Shown here: positions 58,768-64,000 of the stretch, piece by piece
How the letters are laid out: the number at the start of each line of letters is the position of its first letter
How positions within the stretch are numbered: position 1 is the stretch's first letter
Source of the DNA: Nostoc sp.
GTDB lineage: Bacteria > Cyanobacteriota > Cyanobacteriia > Cyanobacteriales > Nostocaceae
Reading direction: 5' to 3'
NCBI RefSeq assembly: GCF_036917575.1
Contig: NZ_JBALDC010000040.1
Location: 83-64,082, forward strand
DNA length: 64,000 nt
Translations under genes and position numbers: made by a program
The notes under the pieces: generated by a model
Told to the model about the DNA's origin: nothing
Seen by the model: only the letters and a program-made list of their open reading frames with translations
The model's database searches: none

Positions 58768-59028
58768 ATTTTTTTATTTAAAACTTCTTGATAAGTACTT
58801 ATATTACCGGAAGAAGAGTTCTGAATCCCACTTTGATAGTTATCGGTGTCTTCTTCAAAGACCACCAATACAGCATGGCGTAAATAAACATACCCTACCC
58901 TTCGGGAACGCCAAGGGCGAACGGGTGACGCTCTCTACGAGACGCTGCGCGAACGCAGGCTCACTAACGCTACGCTAACGGCAGTTCCTCATGGGGGGAA
59001 CCCCCTTTCTGCGGACTGTCTCACCATT

Positions 59029-59181
59029 TCAAATGGCGTAAGAGCTTGGCATATAATTCTTTTGACTTTTGACTTTTGAACGCGCCCCATCCTGGGTAAG
59101 ACGTTTAGCGATCGCCGCCCCTAGACCGCGTGAGCCGCCTGTTACCAATGCCACCTTACCTGTAAGTTTTTTATTGCTCAT
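59029..59181 (-). pseudogene. 5' fragment of a short-chain dehydrogenase/reductase gene
   Basis: The minus strand reads MSNKKLTGKVALVTGGSRGLGAAIAKRLTQDGA (TGxxxGxG Rossmann start). It then runs into TCAAAAG x3 heptamers and unrelated sequence and stops after 50 codons. Confidence 0.55.
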
Positions 59182-59592
59182 AGTATCCTTTTGTGATGAC
59201 AATTTTGTATCGCATGGGATAGATATAAGACATGGGGGTAAGCTTGTTAATAAACTATTATACTGATGAGTATGAACTTATTCCACTAATAATATTTGTG
59301 CGACAGAACTTAAGCTTATTGAAAAGTGAAAACGACAAATTAAGATTCTGAAACATACTTAACGACAACAACTAGAGATTTTTAGAATAGTGGGATCAGG
59401 TCATAATTGTTTATTTTTAATCAAAGCTGAATTTTGGTTAGTGTGAAGATGAAAAAACTTCTATCTAACACGAGCGGATTTATACCCAAACAAACCTGTA
59501 GCTGTAAATAACCAATTCACTTTTAGATGAGGAACATGGGAAGAGATGAGGCAAATAACAAATAAGAACCGACAAATAACTGCATCTTTGTG

Positions 59593-59997
59593 TTAATTCT
59601 TATAAGAAGCAATCAATTCTGCAACAATCGCAACTAGTTCTCCTGGCTCGACAGGTTTAGCTATATGAGTCTGAAAACCCGCTTCTAGAGCACGGCTACG
59701 ATACTCGCGATCGCCATAAGCAGTTAAAGCGATCGCAGGAAGTTTTCCATAAATATCAGGCTTCAATGCTCGGATCTTACGGATGAGCGTGTAGCCATCT
59801 TCATCAGGCATAGCAATATCACAAATCAAGACATCTGGTTGCAACTCAGGTAATACTTTCAATGCTATCGCTGCTGATGCAACTGCCATTATGGTGGCTC
59901 CATCAGTTTCTAACACAGTAGTAATGTAAAAGCGGCTATCATCATCATCATCAACTACGAGGATGTTTAAGCCAGCAAGGGGAAGAGCAGGTTCCAT
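59593..59997 (-). CDS. single-domain response regulator (CheY-like receiver)
   Basis: Contains ILVVDDDDDSRFYI, the phospho-acceptor context DVLICDIAMPDEDG, and LPAIALTA ... KP. Confidence 0.9.
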   Translation of the reverse strand: MEPALPLAGLNILVVDDDDDSRFYITTVLETDGATIMAVASAAIALKVLPELQPDVLICDIAMPDEDGYTLIRKIRALKPDIYGKLPAIALTAYGDREYRSRALEAGFQTHIAKPVEPGELVAIVAELIASYKN

Positions 59998-60450
59998 AAC
60001 ATCTCCATCAATGTTGATCGAATGAAATATATTTCCAATGAGCGGTTTGTTTTTTTCTCTGTCACCATACCATTGGTAATTTTACTGCGATCGCGCCGAT
60101 TTTTCTAGACAATAACTCAATTTATCTAGTTACCATCCAATTGATGGTTAATTATTCACTGGCATTTATCATTATTGACTAAATAAAATTATGTAAGTTT
60201 TTCAATTCTTTTACATTTACAAATTAACTTGAACGAATAGTTTAAGTTCAGACATAATCTTACTAATTACTGACTAGTTTGGATTTTGATAGAACTTGAA
60301 AAATTAAAAGTAGTAATACTATTTCTTTGTAAGCTTGTATTTAATGATTACTTTTTCTCCTTGGCTTATTTAGCAAATTGGTATAAAGTTACTTAAACTT
60401 TAGCAGATAGGGGATTTTGCGGCATTTGTACTCTGAATAAACCGAAAGTT

Positions 60451-60499
60451 CAAAAAAATAGACAATGCCGAATTTTAAAACGAGTTGGTCGGCATTGTC
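60451..60499 (-). terminator. intrinsic terminator about 240 nt downstream of guaA
   Basis: gacaatgccg (60461-60470) pairs with cggcattgtc (60490-60499). The A-run 60452-60458 gives a U-tract on the minus strand. Confidence 0.55.
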
Positions 60500-60739
60500 A
60501 TTTTTAAATACAGTAAAAGCAGAGTTGAAGACGCTTCGCCTCCAATCGGAAATTACGAATTAGAAGTAATATACCTAACTATTAACTTGCAAACTGCTGT
60601 TTGTGAATCTGAACCATAGCAAAAAGTAATAAGCTTTTAGTTATAGCTGTAGTCACATAGGTTAGGACATAAGGATGGGATGAAAGAAGAGAGTTAGCAA
60701 TAGTTCTGCCTCCTGCTATAAGTCAAATCCAAAACTTGA

Positions 60740-62362
60740 TTACTCCCATTCAATGGTTCCAGGCGGCTTTGAGGTGATGTCATAAACCACCCGATTCACC
60801 CCTTTTACCTCATTCACAATTCGAGTAGAAATCACTTCCAGGACATCATAAGGCACTCTCGCCCAATCAGCAGTCATGCCATCTTCACTGGTAACAATCC
60901 GCAAAACAATCGGGTAGGCGTAAGTACGTTGATCTCCCATAACGCCAACACTACGAATCGGCAGCAATACAGCAAACGCTTGCCAGAAATCATGATACAT
61001 ACCGCGTTGATTAATTTCTTGCCGCACAATCAAATCGGCATCGCGCAAAATACTTAGCCGCTCAGATGTAACTTCCCCCAGAATCCGAATTGCTAAACCA
61101 GGCCCAGGAAAAGGTTGCCGTTGAACAATTTCTTCTGGTAAACCAATGGAACGTCCAAGTTTGCGGACTTCATCTTTAAATAGTTTCCGTAGAGGTTCCA
61201 CTAATTTAAATCTTAAGTCTTTGGGCAAACCACCAACATTGTGATGACTCTTAATTTTCACCGCTACCCGCTCACCAGTTTGGGGATCAACGTTGGTGTC
61301 CGCAGATTCAATCACATCTGGATAAAGAGTTCCTTGAGCTAAATAGTCAAAGTGACCGAGGCGCTTGGATGTTTCCTCAAATACATTGATAAATTCGTGT
61401 CCGATGCGGCGGCGTTTTTCTTCGGGATCTGTAATCCCAGCAACTTTAGCCAAAAAGCGATCGCGGGCCTTAACATACTCTACAGGAATGTGAAACTGCT
61501 CTTGAAACAGCTTTACCAATCGCTCTGGCTCATATTTCCGCATAAAGCCTTGATCGATAAACACACAAGTCAGTTGCTCGCCAATCGCTTTATACAGCAA
61601 GAAAGCCAAGGTAGAAGAATCCACTCCACCAGACAGCGCCAACAGCACCCGTTTATCTCCAACTCTGGCGCGAATTTCTCGAATTGCCTCTTCGACAAAA
61701 GCCGCTGTTGTCCAAGTAGGTTCGCAATCGCAGATATGGTAGACAAAATTACGGATTAATGCTATACCACCAAGAGAATGTACCACCTCTGGATGGAATT
61801 GAACACCGTAAAGTTTTCTTTCGTGATCAGCAATGGCAGCACAAGGAGTATTTTCTGTATGTGCTAGCAGTTCAAACCCTGATGGCATTTGGATAACTGA
61901 GTCTGCATGACTCATCCACATGGTAGTGCCATCTTCAACATTAGTGAGTAAATCTGTAGGATCATCAATGTATAATGAGGCTTTGCCGTATTCACCTCGA
62001 TCGGCCTTTACCACTTCCCCACCGAGTTGATTTACCATCAACTGCATCCCATAGCAAACACCCAAAATGGGTATTCCCAAATTCCAGATTTCTGAGTCAC
62101 AATGGGGAGCGTTGTCACTGTAAACTGAACTTGGGCCACCTGAGAGAATAATTCCCTTGGGATTAAGTTGGCGCAAATGCTCAGAAGTAGTGCGATAGGA
62201 TAAAACTTCGGAGTATACTTGAGTCTCGCGGATGCGACGGGCAATCAATTCAGAATATTGAGAGCCAAAGTCCAAAATTACAATCAATTGCCGATCAAGC
62301 CGCCCAAAAGTTTCCAATGTTTGGGGCGCTTGTTCTGTTGGTAGAGTCACCGCTGTATTCAT
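60740..62362 (-). CDS. guaA: glutamine-hydrolysing GMP synthase
   Basis: 540-aa ORF. GATase motif [11 protein letters not shown]-PPase motif SGGVDSS, C-terminus ...KPPGTIEWE. Confidence 0.97.
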   Translation of the reverse strand: MNTAVTLPTEQAPQTLETFGRLDRQLIVILDFGSQYSELIARRIRETQVYSEVLSYRTTSEHLRQLNPKGIILSGGPSSVYSDNAPHCDSEIWNLGIPILGVCYGMQLMVNQLGGEVVKADRGEYGKASLYIDDPTDLLTNVEDGTTMWMSHADSVIQMPSGFELLAHTENTPCAAIADHERKLYGVQFHPEVVHSLGGIALIRNFVYHICDCEPTWTTAAFVEEAIREIRARVGDKRVLLALSGGVDSSTLAFLLYKAIGEQLTCVFIDQGFMRKYEPERLVKLFQEQFHIPVEYVKARDRFLAKVAGITDPEEKRRRIGHEFINVFEETSKRLGHFDYLAQGTLYPDVIESADTNVDPQTGERVAVKIKSHHNVGGLPKDLRFKLVEPLRKLFKDEVRKLGRSIGLPEEIVQRQPFPGPGLAIRILGEVTSERLSILRDADLIVRQEINQRGMYHDFWQAFAVLLPIRSVGVMGDQRTYAYPIVLRIVTSEDGMTADWARVPYDVLEVISTRIVNEVKGVNRVVYDITSKPPGTIEWE

Positions 62363-62590
62363 GACGGGAGAATTATCTCTGTTAAGGATAAATAGATGCT
62401 TTGTGGTCTATGGTGATGTTATTATCCAGCCTATACAGGCTGATAATGGTATAGAAAGCTTTGACAAACGCTAGTTTCAGTGCATTTGTCAAACCTCGGA
62501 GTTGGAGATGGTATTAAAACGATAAATCTACCCGAGAGTGGTTGCTTAAAGAATTATTTGTTTGGATTGTTTACGATTATTCATAATAAA

Positions 62591-63703
62591 TTAACATAAT
62601 TTTCCCATCAACAGAGCAGCAGTTTTACTCTTCACGATAATTTTGCGATCGCGATCAAAGAGAATAGAGCCACAGACTGTTACTTTTTTGCCACTTTCGC
62701 TATGGCTTTGGATGTATTCTTGAGAACGAACATCGATAGTTTCGGCGATCGCACTGTAAACTTGATTTACCCAATCACTACCAGTTTCAGTATCTATGGA
62801 TTTTAGGTGTGTTAGTGCTGCTTCAGCAGTTGCACTGTTAAACACAGCTTGGATATCAGGTGATTTTAAACCTGCGATCGCACAGTGGGCTGCTAAAATT
62901 TCCCGCCGTCCATCAGCTAAGTAGTGATGGGTGTGAAAAATCCCGCCAGCCAGTTTCATTAGCTTACCGTGATAGCCAAATAATAAGATTTCTTTAATAC
63001 CCAGCACATCAGCTTCTACTAACATTGGCCCAAGCCAGTTAGCAGTTTTGACCAATTGTTCGGGATTAATCCCTAGTTTACGCGCCAAATCTAGGCCATT
63101 CTCCCCGATACAAAATACTAAACTCTCAAAACGACTGGCTTTATTTTGTAATTCAGCTCGAAAAACGGCAAGCTGATCTGGTGTACTCAAAGGTTGAGAA
63201 ATACCGGTTGTGCCTAAAAGGGAAAGTCCTTCAACCACACCAAAAGCAGAATTTGAAGTCCGAACAGCAAGCGATCGCCCTTCGGGTAAAATAATCGTCA
63301 CCGTGATTTTTTCCCCAGGTGCTAATATTCGTTGCAAATTCTCTTGCAATAGCCTTTGAGCATAAGCATAAATAGCTGGCTTGTCATCAGCATTTAATTG
63401 CTTACCAATTCCTTCCCCACCTTTAATAATTACTGCCTCACCTTCTTCCCTCCACTCCACCAATGCCCAAATCGGTGTATTTATGGTCAGGTCAAGATTA
63501 TCACCAGGATCGCTGCGAGCGATCGCCAAAGCTGTATTCTCAGATAATCCTGCTACCTGTTCAATAGGGATTTCTGCAATTTGAGCGGGTTCAATCAAAT
63601 CTATAGATGCTATGCTTAGGGGTTGGCGATCGCGTAACCAGTGTAAAGCTGCAACAGCAGCAGCACAGGCAAAGACGGGAAGTGTGTATCCAGAACGGGA
63701 CAT
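62591..63703 (-). CDS. cbiD: cobalt-precorrin-5B (C1)-methyltransferase
   Basis: 370-aa ORF beginning MSRSGYTLPVFACAAAVAA. It contains GLSLLGTTGISQPLS and the CbiD family pattern. Confidence 0.9.
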   Translation of the reverse strand: MSRSGYTLPVFACAAAVAALHWLRDRQPLSIASIDLIEPAQIAEIPIEQVAGLSENTALAIARSDPGDNLDLTINTPIWALVEWREEGEAVIIKGGEGIGKQLNADDKPAIYAYAQRLLQENLQRILAPGEKITVTIILPEGRSLAVRTSNSAFGVVEGLSLLGTTGISQPLSTPDQLAVFRAELQNKASRFESLVFCIGENGLDLARKLGINPEQLVKTANWLGPMLVEADVLGIKEILLFGYHGKLMKLAGGIFHTHHYLADGRREILAAHCAIAGLKSPDIQAVFNSATAEAALTHLKSIDTETGSDWVNQVYSAIAETIDVRSQEYIQSHSESGKKVTVCGSILFDRDRKIIVKSKTAALLMGKLC

Positions 63704-63761
63704 TTTGTAAATTTAAAAGTCAAAATAATTCTTCAAAACGGTTTTATGCCTTATTTTCAAC

Positions 63762-64000
63762 CTACGCTAACACCAAAATACTTTCCACTTCGCTACCTCC
63801 AAACTGGCTGATTATACCAAAGTTATCTCGCAGGATTTGGACAATTTTAGAAGTTGGACTGTTGCCAATACGGAGATAGATAAATTTAGGTGGATGACCA
63901 TATAGAAGACTGCGCTGATGAAAATCAGAATCTTTGGAAGCAATTACAAAATCGTGTACTTTAGCGTACTCCCAGATAAGCAGATCGTCTGTGTTGATTA
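63762..64000 (-). CDS. DUF5615-type PIN-like protein, C-terminal part (5' end lies beyond the window)
   Basis: This minus-strand frame has no Met and so is absent from the ORF track. It reads ...INTDDLLIWEYAKVHDFVIASKDSDFHQRSLLYGHPPKFIYLRIGNSPTSKIVQILRDNFGIISQF...LVLA*. Confidence 0.6.
   Translation of the reverse strand, partial: INTDDLLIWEYAKVHDFVIASKDSDFHQRSLLYGHPPKFIYLRIGNSPTSKIVQILRDNFGIISQFGGSEVESILVLA

Noticed and set aside
63704-63761. Cobalamin riboswitch upstream of cbiD
   Set aside because: Only 58 nt separate cbiD from the preceding gene, which is too short for a B12 riboswitch, and no conserved B12-box was seen.
63607-63879. 90-aa + strand ORF at the cbiD start
   Set aside because: It is antisense to both the cbiD 5' end and the DUF5615-like gene 3' end, and shows no motif.
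1-64000. Search for cas genes (cas1, cas2, cas6, cas10, cas3, cas12k) anywhere in the window
   Set aside because: No ORF in the track shows a Cas-like motif, so the array is reported as orphan within this window only.

Overview
This is a 64-kb chromosomal window that looks like a filamentous, heterocyst-forming (Nostocales-type) cyanobacterium. The call rests on three observations. The HIP1 octamer GCGATCGC recurs throughout. Tandem heptamer arrays (STRR-type: GGGGATT/CCCCAAT, TGACTAA/TTAGTCA, GGGGACT and others) fill many intergenic regions. The gene content is cyanobacterial: GUN4, an HLIP-type gene, a HetZ-like protein and an N-terminally anchored Mn-SOD. Most of the window is housekeeping: TonB-dependent receptor, SpoIID, lactate/glycolate oxidase, ald, icd, rsmG, lepA, larC, tsaC, rbfA, guaA, cbiD, GH57 glycosidase, Nfu, a GAF histidine kinase, tRNA-Gln and tRNA-Leu. 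Small accessory insertions sit between these genes. (1) A cas-less 9-repeat CRISPR array lies between ald and icd. (2) A toxin-antitoxin islet (truncated hicB plus brnT/brnA) lies between gun4 and an ABC ATPase. (3) A 665-aa TIR-domain/helical-repeat protein with an uncharacterised C-terminal domain lies next to a NUDIX hydrolase and a decayed hicA. This is the best candidate for a poorly described defence or NAD-signalling gene. (4) A Dam-type methylase overlaps convergently with a very short PD-(D/E)xK, DpnII-like endonuclease. (5) A three-gene sulfur module encodes a class-V PLP enzyme, a Tat-exported sulfite-oxidase-family Mo enzyme and a TauE exporter. There are also several decayed genes: a frameshifted HLIP, a hicA remnant and a truncated SDR. 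All functional calls come from reading the translated ORFs and motifs by eye, and no database search was run.
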